64,000 nucleotides of DNA from Candidatus Bathyarchaeia archaeon (GTDB lineage Archaea; Thermoproteota; Bathyarchaeia; Bathyarchaeales; Bathycorpusculaceae), in contig JBEKOM010000006.1 of NCBI GenBank assembly GCA_049521795.1, forward strand, positions 1 through 64,000, read 5' to 3'. This document shows positions 1-8,602 of this stretch, in pieces (the first letter of the stretch is position 1; each line of letters starts with the position of its first letter). The notes below the pieces were generated by a model. It was not told where the DNA came from. It saw nothing but the letters and a program-made list of their open reading frames with translations, and did not search any database. A program made the position numbers and the translations under genes.

Positions 1-981
1 ATTGATCATGCAGAAAGTGCCTTGGCTGTTATCGGTAGAGTTCCTGAAGGCAAGAGGATCGGGAATACTGCTTGGTTCAGAGCGGAGATCGGCGATCTAC
101 CGATAATTGAGAAGGTTCTTCGAGGTTACTTGACACACGTCAGCGTCCAAGTTGATAGCGATGACGTAGAATGCAGCAAGTGTAAGCGGCCCACACGGAA
201 AGAGGGCATGCTCGTTCACCTCTGCCCAGGAGCATGGGAGATCGTCCACAAGCCGAAGGTCAGAGAACTTAGCATCGTTGCGAGCCCAGCTTATCAGAAG
301 ACCGAGTTTAAGCCCGTTGGCTTCGCAGCAGCGATGAATGAATCACAGAAGATCGAGTTTCCATGCGCTCATTGTTCCCAGTTACTGAAAAGTAACGAAG
401 ATGTGGGTTCTAAGCTAACGCTGCAAGAACCTGAAAACAAACAGATTGAAACAAAGGAGGTGAAGCCCTTGGCTGAAAATGCTCAGCAAGCGGCTTCTCC
501 ACATAAAGCACAAGGCGTCGTAAACACAGCCCCAGGCGAAACAGCGCCGAAGCAAGTTGAGTATCAGGACCTTATGGACCAACTGACTACACTGGAAAAC
601 AAGATCAAGCAAGCGCCGTCAGCCACAGACGCAGAGAATGACGCTATGACAAAACGTGTCGCAGACCTTGAAGCAGAAGTAGCCAAGAGAGCGACCAAGA
701 GAAGCCTCAGCAAGAAGATCAGCGAGCTAAGCAAGAAACTTGGTGACGAAAGCATCGGAGCTGGGGAAGATGCAAGTGAAGATGCTGAAGACGCAGGATC
801 AGACGGCAACGGCGGAAACGGCGACGGCCAAGATGGAAACGGAAGCAAGCAGTCTGAAGCGAGGCGCGCAAGCGGCCGTGGAATCGTCGCAGTTGACGAG
901 GCTAACAAAGATGTTCTGGGAAGCTATGAGTGGTTCAAAGATATCATGAAGGCTAATTCAAAGCTGAAAGGCTTGAAGTAG
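1..981 (+). CDS. Prohead maturation protease fused to a coiled-coil/acidic scaffold (5' end outside window)
   Basis: Frame open from base 1 (IDHAES...). Contains the ELSIVASPAY protease-type motif, a CSKC..HLC insert and a coiled-coil/acidic C-terminus; lies upstream of the capsid genes. Confidence 0.8.
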   Translation: MDHAESALAVIGRVPEGKRIGNTAWFRAEIGDLPIIEKVLRGYLTHVSVQVDSDDVECSKCKRPTRKEGMLVHLCPGAWEIVHKPKVRELSIVASPAYQKTEFKPVGFAAAMNESQKIEFPCAHCSQLLKSNEDVGSKLTLQEPENKQIETKEVKPLAENAQQAASPHKAQGVVNTAPGETAPKQVEYQDLMDQLTTLENKIKQAPSATDAENDAMTKRVADLEAEVAKRATKRSLSKKISELSKKLGDESIGAGEDASEDAEDAGSDGNGGNGDGQDGNGSKQSEARRASGRGIVAVDEANKDVLGSYEWFKDIMKANSKLKGLK

Positions 982-992
982 GGTGAAAAACT

Positions 993-1382
993 TTGTCCAC
1001 AACATTACCGTTAGAAGGAACGACACCGCTCATAGCCGATCGTTTCATCAACACGTTCTACGCAGGCGAAGACCTCTTAACGATAGGCGTGCTAGTCGAA
1101 GTTACGGCAGATAACACAGTCAAGAAATGCACTACTCAGAACAGCACCAAGATCGCAGGTGTAACACTGACAACAGCGAAGAACGGTCAGAAAATCTCTG
1201 TCGTCTCAAGAGGCGTCTGCAGAATAGTCCCGTACTCTTCGCTCAGCGCAGGCGACCAATTCGGCTCAGCAGCATCAGGTGGAAGCGCTATTCAGGACAA
1301 CACGAGCAAGAACGCAACGATCCTCGGCCTCTGCCTCCAAGGCGGCAATAGCTCTGGCACTGCGATCGTGGCCCTCTGGTAA
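993..1382 (+). CDS. Capsid decoration/cement protein (DUF2190-like)
   Basis: 129 aa, Gly/Ala/Thr-rich beta protein between protease and MCP; GGTGA RBS. Confidence 0.7.
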   Translation: MSTTLPLEGTTPLIADRFINTFYAGEDLLTIGVLVEVTADNTVKKCTTQNSTKIAGVTLTTAKNGQKISVVSRGVCRIVPYSSLSAGDQFGSAASGGSAIQDNTSKNATILGLCLQGGNSSGTAIVALW

Positions 1383-1396
1383 AAAAGGTGATATGA

Positions 1397-2290
1397 ATGT
1401 CTTTTGTAAGAGACGCACTATCATGGGTTGACACAGGAGCAGTTCAGTATCCGACTTTGCACAAGAAAATCATCGAGCTGACAATGCCAGCCCTTGTCGT
1501 CAAGAGGCTCCTTCCAGAGTTCCCAATAGTCGCAGGTCGCACAGCAACTTTCGTCAAGGAAAACGGCTCGAGAAGCATCGGCATCACGGAGATCGCGGAA
1601 GGCGCAGAGATCATGATGGACTTCACACCGCTTAGCACTGTGACAGTTACGCCGTATAAGAAGGGCGCAAGAGAACGCATAAGCAGAGAGAACATCGAAG
1701 ACTTGTATATCCCGGTGATCGAGCAGCAGCTGAGGCGTCTGGCAAGACGTGTCGCGTACCAGATAGACCTGGACTGCATGAACGTCATCGCAGCCGCAGC
1801 GACTTACTCATCAGCTGGCTCAGGGAAGACTTTGAGCGCTACGGGCACAGAGTTCACCATAACAGGCGGCCTCGGCTCTAAGGACATCTTGGCAGCAGAC
1901 GCATACATCGCAAGCAAAAACTTCGTCGCTGACTCACTGATCTGCAACCCGATTCAAGCTCGTGACCTGAAGTACCTGCCCCAGTTCGCCCTGGCCAGCC
2001 AGTACGGAGAGCCTGTTGTCCAGACAGGCGCTATCGGCAACATCTACGGCCTGAACCTGTACGTCAGCAACGTCTGCAGCGCAGGCACAGCTTACGTCGT
2101 AAGCACCGGACAGAACTTAAGCTCAAGCTACGCTCCGCTCGGATTCTTCGTCATAAAGAGACCACTGATGAGTGATTTGGACCCGAAGAAAGAGTTTGAC
2201 AGTGTTGACATCGAGCTAACCACGAGATACGCGCCAGTTGTGCTGAACGGAGAATGCATCGCCCAAATAACAGGACTAGCAACCACATAA
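1397..2290 (+). CDS. Major capsid protein, HK97 fold
   Basis: 297 aa. E-loop-like EIAEGAEI, KKGARERISRE strand, LICNP and GNIYGLNLYVS motifs; position in the head module. Confidence 0.88.
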   Translation: MSFVRDALSWVDTGAVQYPTLHKKIIELTMPALVVKRLLPEFPIVAGRTATFVKENGSRSIGITEIAEGAEIMMDFTPLSTVTVTPYKKGARERISRENIEDLYIPVIEQQLRRLARRVAYQIDLDCMNVIAAAATYSSAGSGKTLSATGTEFTITGGLGSKDILAADAYIASKNFVADSLICNPIQARDLKYLPQFALASQYGEPVVQTGAIGNIYGLNLYVSNVCSAGTAYVVSTGQNLSSSYAPLGFFVIKRPLMSDLDPKKEFDSVDIELTTRYAPVVLNGECIAQITGLATT

Positions 2291-2303
2291 GCTTAGTAAC
2301 TCA

Positions 2304-2362
2304 TTTTCCCCTTTCTTTCCATTTTTGTTCCAAAGCCTGTCCACATGCTGGATAGGCGGAAC
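2304..2362 (+). terminator. Pyrimidine/T-rich tract plus stem-loop after the MCP gene
   Basis: TTTTCCCCTTTCTTTCCATTTTT followed by GTTCC(aaa)GCCTGTCCA-CATGC-TGGATAGGC-GGAAC (2327-2362). Confidence 0.5.
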
Positions 2363-2424
2363 GTTGCGCACACGTTAGCTGCGCGTTTTAAATAAAAAAC
2401 CTCAATGGAGGTGAATGAAGAAAA

Positions 2425-2907
2425 ATGTCTTTGGTATTCAACTTAACAAAAGGCTTACTATACGGCATCGCTCTCGGAATACTCTTCGGCCTATCCATCT
2501 TCTTGATAGGCACAGTAGCAGCTGGCCTCGGCTTCATAACCATGTCTCCGACACTGCTTGCAGGGCTAGTCTTTGCGAACGGCATACTCGGTGGAGTGGC
2601 GATGGAGTACGGCAGATGGCTTAAGGCCCAGCATAATGGCGGCTTAATCTTCGCTTTGACAAACGGCTTCCTATCAGGTGTTGTGCTCGGAATCTACTTC
2701 GGTCTAGCGGTCTTCTTGATGGCAGGCGCTATCTTCGCTCTCGGATGGCTCATTCTGACGCCTGTCCAGATGGCCAGCCTATCGTTCGCAGTCTGCATCT
2801 TGATGTTCATAACGTACGAGTACAGCAACTGGCTTGACTCGCAAAACGCCATTCAAATGTCGAAGTCAGGCGCGCCCGGAACGCCGTCGCCTCCAGCTAC
2901 GCCGTAA
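2425..2907 (+). CDS. Four-TM viral membrane protein built from two tandem repeats
   Basis: Hydrophobic 160 aa. LVFNLTKGLLYGIALGILFGLSIFL..EYGRWL is mirrored by LIFALTNGFLSGVVLGIYFGLAVFL..EYSNWL. Confidence 0.75.
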   Translation: MSLVFNLTKGLLYGIALGILFGLSIFLIGTVAAGLGFITMSPTLLAGLVFANGILGGVAMEYGRWLKAQHNGGLIFALTNGFLSGVVLGIYFGLAVFLMAGAIFALGWLILTPVQMASLSFAVCILMFITYEYSNWLDSQNAIQMSKSGAPGTPSPPATP

Positions 2908-2988
2908 GAAAGCCTAGTAAACAAACAATCTTTCCCTTTTTTGTTATCTCAATCATCTCAGTTATCTCAATCACTTCGTGGTGAAAAC

Positions 2989-3450
2989 ATGACAGTAACC
3001 TACATTCAGGTAGCCGACGTTCAGAACCAACTTAACGCCGCGTTTGACGGAGTCCACACATACACGGTATACGGTCTCTCAATTTTGGATGCGACTATGC
3101 AAGCTCACACAGACTATGCGAATACTTACATAAACGGAATGTTAGGCAGGGACTTAGCGACTACTGACCCGCTTTATCCAATAGCAAAGCTTGCTGCGGT
3201 GAATGTTGCTTGTCTCCGCGTTCTCGTGATCTCAAGCGGAGGCGTGCTTGTCGGCGCTTTCGACTATTTCCTCGGAGACATGCGAGTAATAAGGCATGCC
3301 CCATACGCAGCTGCCCTTCAGCGAACGATTCAGGGACTCAAAGATGACCTTGTTAAAATGATGATAAACATTGCCACGCCTGTGAAAACGGGTGACGCGT
3401 CGCTGGGAAGCCAGGTACCGACTTACCGCGGAGGCTTGGCAAGTCCATGA
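2989..3450 (+). CDS. Putative head-tail connector/adaptor
   Basis: ATG at 2989 after GGTGA; helical ~153 aa starting YIQVADVQNQL; position after MCP. Confidence 0.6.
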   Translation: MTVTYIQVADVQNQLNAAFDGVHTYTVYGLSILDATMQAHTDYANTYINGMLGRDLATTDPLYPIAKLAAVNVACLRVLVISSGGVLVGAFDYFLGDMRVIRHAPYAAALQRTIQGLKDDLVKMMINIATPVKTGDASLGSQVPTYRGGLASP

Positions 3451-3653
3451 GCAGTGATATGGGGCCGACTCTCGCATCAAGCGCCGGGACAGCGGTTGAT
3501 TACAGCGTTCCATCTACGCCTTCTGGGCAGACGCTTTACACAGGGAACTATATCGTTGCGAAGGTAAACGGCTACCGACAACTGCTAACTTCCGCGCAGT
3601 ATCAGCAGCATCTTGACAACGGTGATACAGTTGAGATCGTGTCATATCCATGA
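3447..3653 (+). CDS. Small hypothetical virion-module protein
   Basis: ATGA overlaps with both neighbours. Confidence 0.6.
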   Translation: MSSDMGPTLASSAGTAVDYSVPSTPSGQTLYTGNYIVAKVNGYRQLLTSAQYQQHLDNGDTVEIVSYP

Positions 3654-4090
3654 CTGACACTGCGCAAGTTGTTAGCGCGATGCTCCAAGCAAAGTGGGGC
3701 CTCTCATCTCCGACTTCTGGCCAGATTTATTGGGCAACGACGCGCTTTCAAACGATGGATTTTCAGAAGCTTGCAAACTCTTACGCCATAGCCTGCTACA
3801 ACCCAGGCGGCCCAGTTGCTTCCGACGCCTTAGCTCGTGAAGTCTGGCAGTTTGTGGAAGACGTTGTGATCGACATAATCGTAAAGGTTGGATCTGGCAC
3901 TGTTCAGCAGGCGCTAGATGCCAGGGAAAACATGCGGCAGCAGGTTTACAGCATCATTCACGCTAACGAGTTCGCGTTCTCTGGGTGCGCTGACGTTTAC
4001 CCGATGAGAGAACACACGAAGGTTGAAAGCCCAGACCTCGCTCGCCTCGCAATCGTTGTCAAGTGCAGGAGCTTCAACGTGCAAAGCTAA
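3650..4090 (+). CDS. Putative tail terminator/completion protein
   Basis: 146 aa, alpha/beta pattern, neck-module position, ATGA-coupled. Confidence 0.55.
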   Translation: MTDTAQVVSAMLQAKWGLSSPTSGQIYWATTRFQTMDFQKLANSYAIACYNPGGPVASDALAREVWQFVEDVVIDIIVKVGSGTVQQALDARENMRQQVYSIIHANEFAFSGCADVYPMREHTKVESPDLARLAIVVKCRSFNVQS

Positions 4091-4102
4091 GAGCTGTCTT
4101 AA

Positions 4103-4342
4103 TTGTCAGATATGCGGACTGTAATTAATACAACTAATAGGATTCTGGAACTTCCAGAACATCTTCAGAAGACATACGTGGCAACAATTAGGCTTGGATT
4201 GGTCAATGCTGATGTGGTTGCTGAAGAAACAAGAAGATGCAGAGCAATAGAGTCGTCATATCTAAACCAACTTGTAACTCTTGGCTTTCTAACAAAGATG
4301 CCTAGGTCCAAGAGGATTCAGTGGTTCTCAATTTCGAGATGA
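4103..4342 (+). CDS. Small winged-helix DNA-binding protein
   Basis: LPEHLQKT...ADVVAEETRRCRAIESSYLNQLVTLGFL wHTH pattern. Confidence 0.65.
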   Translation: MSDMRTVINTTNRILELPEHLQKTYVATIRLGLVNADVVAEETRRCRAIESSYLNQLVTLGFLTKMPRSKRIQWFSISR

Positions 4343-4731
4343 TGCTTGTGAGCGCAAGGATCGAGTGCACAGTGAACTATGCTGATGAATTCTCATCCGC
4401 TCTGCAGTCAGCCTTCCCAGGGGCGCTTGACCGCAACATTATGACTGCCATCGAGACAGTTGCAAACAGAATCATAGATACTGCTCGCATCTTGGTCCCA
4501 GTTCGCACAGGTTTCTTGTTAAGCACACTCGGGTCTGAGGTCCTAGCAAGATGGGCTTTCACGCTTTATGCTCGTGCTCCATACGCCGGATACGTGGAAT
4601 GGGGCACGTTCAGGATGTATGCGCGGCTGTACATGACCCGCGCGATCGAGCAGCATCAGGGTGAGCTGCCGCAGGAAATGGCTAACGCCGTTATTCAATC
4701 AGCCGAGGAGAGTGGCATAGTCCTTGGATAA
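4321..4731 (+). CDS. HK97 gp10-like tail/neck completion protein
   Basis: PVRTGFL and YAGYVEWGT motifs typical of the HK97-gp10 family; true start probably ~4339. Confidence 0.8.
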   Translation: MVLNFEMMLVSARIECTVNYADEFSSALQSAFPGALDRNIMTAIETVANRIIDTARILVPVRTGFLLSTLGSEVLARWAFTLYARAPYAGYVEWGTFRMYARLYMTRAIEQHQGELPQEMANAVIQSAEESGIVLG

Positions 4732-5224
4732 GTGGGCGAAGCTGCACTGGCGAAAGAACTTTGTTAACTTCGCCGTGGGCATTCTCAACCGTTTAATGCC
4801 TGAGTTGAAGCCGAGTTATCCGCAGACAGAGATAATTGAACACGTCTTCCAGCAGATGAATAATGTCTATGAGACTGAGGTCATCGCTGGCCGTTTTGAT
4901 GACGTACCATTTCAAACTATCGCAGACTTGAAGGACAGGAACTTTCAGCGGTTACTGCAACTCTCTCGGAAGCTGCTTGTTTACTTCAGCGAAGACGATC
5001 GGTATTACAGGCAGTGGCTCGGGTTGGCCATGCTGTTAGTCAGAAAAGAAGTTAGTAAGTTTCTTGAGACTCTAAGCCTTGAAGAGTTCCTAGCACTTGT
5101 CTTTGCCCAATGGCACTTTGACTTGAGAGGGGCTATTCCAGAAGAACACTTTAGCGCTCATAAGGAAGATTTCTTGAACATGGTTCTCGCGAACTTCCTT
5201 ATGAATCTTGTAAAACCTGAATAG
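4724..5224 (+). CDS. Hypothetical viral protein
   Basis: 166 aa, overlaps the upstream gene in the operon. Confidence 0.7.
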   Translation: MDKWAKLHWRKNFVNFAVGILNRLMPELKPSYPQTEIIEHVFQQMNNVYETEVIAGRFDDVPFQTIADLKDRNFQRLLQLSRKLLVYFSEDDRYYRQWLGLAMLLVRKEVSKFLETLSLEEFLALVFAQWHFDLRGAIPEEHFSAHKEDFLNMVLANFLMNLVKPE

Positions 5225-5237
5225 AGGTGAAAATATC

Positions 5238-5639
5238 ATGAGCACTCCATTGATAGGTCGTAACGCCGTTGTCCAATATGTTTCAGGGGGCACAGCGACA
5301 ACTATCGGCTACGCTCAGGGGGTCACAGAGGACCTTACAGCTGACCTCATCAAAGAGTTCCAGCTTAACAGCGACCATGCAGCCATTCTCGCAGCAGGTA
5401 ACAAGCACTTCAAGATAGCGGTTGACAGAATGTACATAGATGCCTTCTTCTCCCAAGTCATGTACGGAAACCAGGTTGTGGACTTCGTTATAGGCCCAGC
5501 AGGCACAAGCGTCGGCTTGCCAAAGATAACGATCAAGAACGTCGTTCTCATAGCGCACAACATCAAAGTTGACCAGAAGGGCATAGTTGGCCAGAAGATA
5601 ACAGGCGAAGGAAGCGACCGCATAATAACCACGTTCTAA
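5238..5639 (+). CDS. Major tail tube protein
   Basis: 133 aa beta-rich protein directly upstream of chaperone and tape measure; GAGGTGA RBS. Confidence 0.7.
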   Translation: MSTPLIGRNAVVQYVSGGTATTIGYAQGVTEDLTADLIKEFQLNSDHAAILAAGNKHFKIAVDRMYIDAFFSQVMYGNQVVDFVIGPAGTSVGLPKITIKNVVLIAHNIKVDQKGIVGQKITGEGSDRIITTF

Positions 5640-5681
5640 GCATCCATCCTTTTCTTTTCTCGGCGCATTTGGCGCCAATTC

Positions 5682-6167
5682 ATGGTCTCGGAGGTAATGA
5701 ACATGAGTGAAAATGATAAGATAGACTGGGGAAAAGCGTCAGAGATGGAAGAGGCTCTTAATGCTGCTGAAGCTGAGAGGCTTGCAAGAGTCAGAATCTT
5801 CGACCCGAAAGAGATCGTGCGGAAGGCTAAAGAAGTTAGAGAAATCGTTGACGAGGACTTGGGCACGATTCGCTATGTGCTGCTGAACTACGATGAGCTT
5901 AACGAGATCATCGAGAAGTGCAAAGACAACAGGGACCGAAGCATTCAGCTTCTGTTCAAGCAGCTAGAGCCAGTTAATGAAGGCCTGAAAGTCGAGGACA
6001 TACGAAAGATGCCTTACGAAGTCGTTGTACGGCTCTTGACGAAGCTTCAGATGGAGGGCAGTTTTTTTCAGCGCCCTCAGACGCCGTCGCCGAATGGGTC
6101 GCAAACGACGGAAGAGCGCAGACCATCGGATTCATCGCGCATGAGTACGGTTACACACTTCAAATGA
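5682..6167 (+). CDS. Tail assembly chaperone (gpG-like, short product)
   Basis: Acidic helical protein between tail tube and TMP; contains the slippery site T TTT TTT at 6062-6068. Confidence 0.75.
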   Translation: MVSEVMNMSENDKIDWGKASEMEEALNAAEAERLARVRIFDPKEIVRKAKEVREIVDEDLGTIRYVLLNYDELNEIIEKCKDNRDRSIQLLFKQLEPVNEGLKVEDIRKMPYEVVVRLLTKLQMEGSFFQRPQTPSPNGSQTTEERRPSDSSRMSTVTHFK

Positions 6168-6244
6168 TCGGTGAGCTGACTCCTTTTCAAATTCAGTTTT
6201 TGAAAGAATGGGCAAGATGGTACTACGAACAGCAGAAGGGTTAA
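6068..6244 (+). CDS. -1 frameshift extension of the tail chaperone (gpT-like)
   Basis: -1 frame open for 58 codons after the slippery site (SAPSDAVAEWVAND...HEYGYTLQMIGELTPFQIQFLKEWARWYYEQQKG*), ending 6 nt before the TMP ATG. Confidence 0.75.
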   Translation, partial: SAPSDAVAEWVANDGRAQTIGFIAHEYGYTLQMIGELTPFQIQFLKEWARWYYEQQKG

Positions 6245-6250
6245 GGCTAG

Positions 6251-8602
6251 ATGAGCGAAGACGTTGAGATTCACCTGATAGCCTACGATGAGGCTTCAAA
6301 CGTGATCCAGAGCGTTGGCTCTAATCTTTCCACAACTTTTACGGACATTGAAGGAAACACGCAAGACCTTGTAACGACAACTGATAATGCGTCTTCACAG
6401 ATTGCAGACGACTATAATCAAGTCAACGACGCTGGGCAGAATCTTCAGAATAGTCAAGCAGACGTGCAGGCTAGCTGCGGCCAAAGCGTAATGGCGCTGA
6501 ATAACTTAGCACTTTCAGGTGCCACACTTGCCATGAGTTTCATGAATGTTGAGAATCGCCAGGTCGCGGTGGACCGCGCGAACCTGATGGTTCAGCGTAG
6601 CACAGAAACCCTAGAGAAGGCGCAGCTAGACTATAACACTGCTGTTGAACAGTACGGCACTAACAGTTCTCAAGCTCAAGCTGCCCTTGACAAGCTGAAC
6701 ATCGCTGAGGACGCGCACAATGTTAGTCTTGAAAGGGCAGATATGGCCCAGAGAAACCTGAGTACAAGCATGGTTATGTCGGCGCTAACGGTTATTCCAA
6801 GCCTTGTCTCGATGATTACGACTGTTTCTCATGCTACTGAGATTTGGGAAGGCATCCAGGCAACGATGAATGTCGTGTTGGACGCGAACCCGATCTTTTT
6901 GGTCATAGCTGCGATTGGCGCCCTTGTGGCTGCTCTCGCGTTTATTCCAGGTGCATGGGACGCCGTCGTCAACGCGTTTCGGACTGCTGGAAACTTCATC
7001 GTAACCGTTGCGAATGACATAGGCAACGCTTGGAACGGCTTCATCGGCCTCTTCACCGGCGGAAACAAGCAGGCTGCGGATTCGGTGCAGATGTTAGGTG
7101 CTTCTGTCAAAGACGAAGGCGACAAATTCATCTCAACATCGCAGAACATTAAGGACTTTCAAAATCAGCTTGATGCTGCGAATGCGTCAATATGGGGTGT
7201 CGACGAGGTCCTATGGAGAAATGCGACGACCCTGAACGAATACGAGGCCAAGGCTGCAGACGCCGGGGATGAGGTCAAGGTTCTCGACGGTCAAATAAGT
7301 GACCTGGCTGATGCTTACAAAAGGAGCAAGGATGAACTTGACAAGGAAATAGCGGGTCTTCAAGCGAAGATTCTAGCACTTGACTGGACTAAGCAAGCTC
7401 AGGAGAAAGATCAAGCAGCTGTCGAGACACTCACTGCGAAAGAAGATGAGTTGAAAAAGCAGCTTGACGCCACCATTCCAAGTCTCGAAAGCCAGAAGGC
7501 TGCTGTTGAAGCTGCGCAGAAAGCGGCAAGCGATGCCGCGACTTTCATAAGCGATTTGACGACGAAGTATGATGAGATGAAAGCTTCAGCGGACACGAAT
7601 CTTGGCGCTGTCAAGGCCGCTTTTGATGACGCGTTCAACGCTGGGGACTTTAACAAGGCGCTTGGAATCGTTCAAGATTTCGCGAATAAGTACGGTCTTA
7701 GTTTGTCTGATGCTGAGAAAATCATCGATAGCTTCAAGGCTGCCCAAGCGCAGATTCCGCAGACGATTGAAGAGCAGCTTATCGGAAAAGCTCAGGCTGA
7801 CCTTCAGACATTCCAAAACTGTGCAACTGGGAAGTTCGCAAGTCTTCAAGCTGATTCTTCTGCCAGTATGGAGCAGATCGTCACTGATACGAATGACTTA
7901 ATCAGCAGGGGACTCGTCGGCCAAGCTCAGGATAACATTCAAGCTTACGTGAATTGCGCGACAAGCAAGCAGGATACACTTGTCTCAAATATCGAGGCTG
8001 ACTTGGCAACGCTGCGTAAAGATTACGCGGCGGGCGCTGCGGATGTTGCCCCGATGATAAAGCAGCTGGAAGAGTGGAAGCTCGCAGCGACATGGGACAC
8101 GTCGGGAGCAACTATCCTTGACGCCATCAAACTCGCAGGTGAAACCGCCAGTCAAGTCGCTGCCCAAACAGACACAGCAACGACGCAGATCACAGGCTCT
8201 TTCCATGGCATTGCAGATGACGTAACTACAACTATGCGAATGCTTCAACATAATATCGTAGGGGGGAGCATTTGGACTGACATGCTACAGAAGATGGAGG
8301 ACACGACTGAGAAATCTGTCGCGAAGATTCGTGCCCAGTTCCAAGGGCTGCAAGCTGAAGGTCTCCCTGGTGTCGGCGGGTTCGGTATCCCAGAAGCTCT
8401 GCCAGGAGCAGGCGGAAAAGCGCCAATAGTGCTCCATATTACCGCACCTCTTGTGAATATTGAAGGGAGCGCTGATAAAGCGACAGTTGATTTGGCATCG
8501 AGGCAGGTTCTGGACAAGCTGAAGAGCATCGTTGTCGAGCCAACAGCCTCTTACTCATCTACGACTCAGAAAAGAATCAGACAAGGAGCTGTGACGTATT
8601 AA
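6251..8602 (+). CDS. Tail tape measure protein
   Basis: 783 aa, Ala/Gln-rich helical, with NPIFLVIAAIGALVAAL hydrophobic segment and C-terminal GGSIW motif; follows the chaperone. Confidence 0.88.
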   Translation: MSEDVEIHLIAYDEASNVIQSVGSNLSTTFTDIEGNTQDLVTTTDNASSQIADDYNQVNDAGQNLQNSQADVQASCGQSVMALNNLALSGATLAMSFMNVENRQVAVDRANLMVQRSTETLEKAQLDYNTAVEQYGTNSSQAQAALDKLNIAEDAHNVSLERADMAQRNLSTSMVMSALTVIPSLVSMITTVSHATEIWEGIQATMNVVLDANPIFLVIAAIGALVAALAFIPGAWDAVVNAFRTAGNFIVTVANDIGNAWNGFIGLFTGGNKQAADSVQMLGASVKDEGDKFISTSQNIKDFQNQLDAANASIWGVDEVLWRNATTLNEYEAKAADAGDEVKVLDGQISDLADAYKRSKDELDKEIAGLQAKILALDWTKQAQEKDQAAVETLTAKEDELKKQLDATIPSLESQKAAVEAAQKAASDAATFISDLTTKYDEMKASADTNLGAVKAAFDDAFNAGDFNKALGIVQDFANKYGLSLSDAEKIIDSFKAAQAQIPQTIEEQLIGKAQADLQTFQNCATGKFASLQADSSASMEQIVTDTNDLISRGLVGQAQDNIQAYVNCATSKQDTLVSNIEADLATLRKDYAAGAADVAPMIKQLEEWKLAATWDTSGATILDAIKLAGETASQVAAQTDTATTQITGSFHGIADDVTTTMRMLQHNIVGGSIWTDMLQKMEDTTEKSVAKIRAQFQGLQAEGLPGVGGFGIPEALPGAGGKAPIVLHITAPLVNIEGSADKATVDLASRQVLDKLKSIVVEPTASYSSTTQKRIRQGAVTY

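Noticed and set aside
2943-2973. GTTATCTCAATCA tandem duplication and the ORF-track start at 2941
   Set aside because: Only two short copies next to a T-tract; the real start is more likely ATG 2989 after GGTGA
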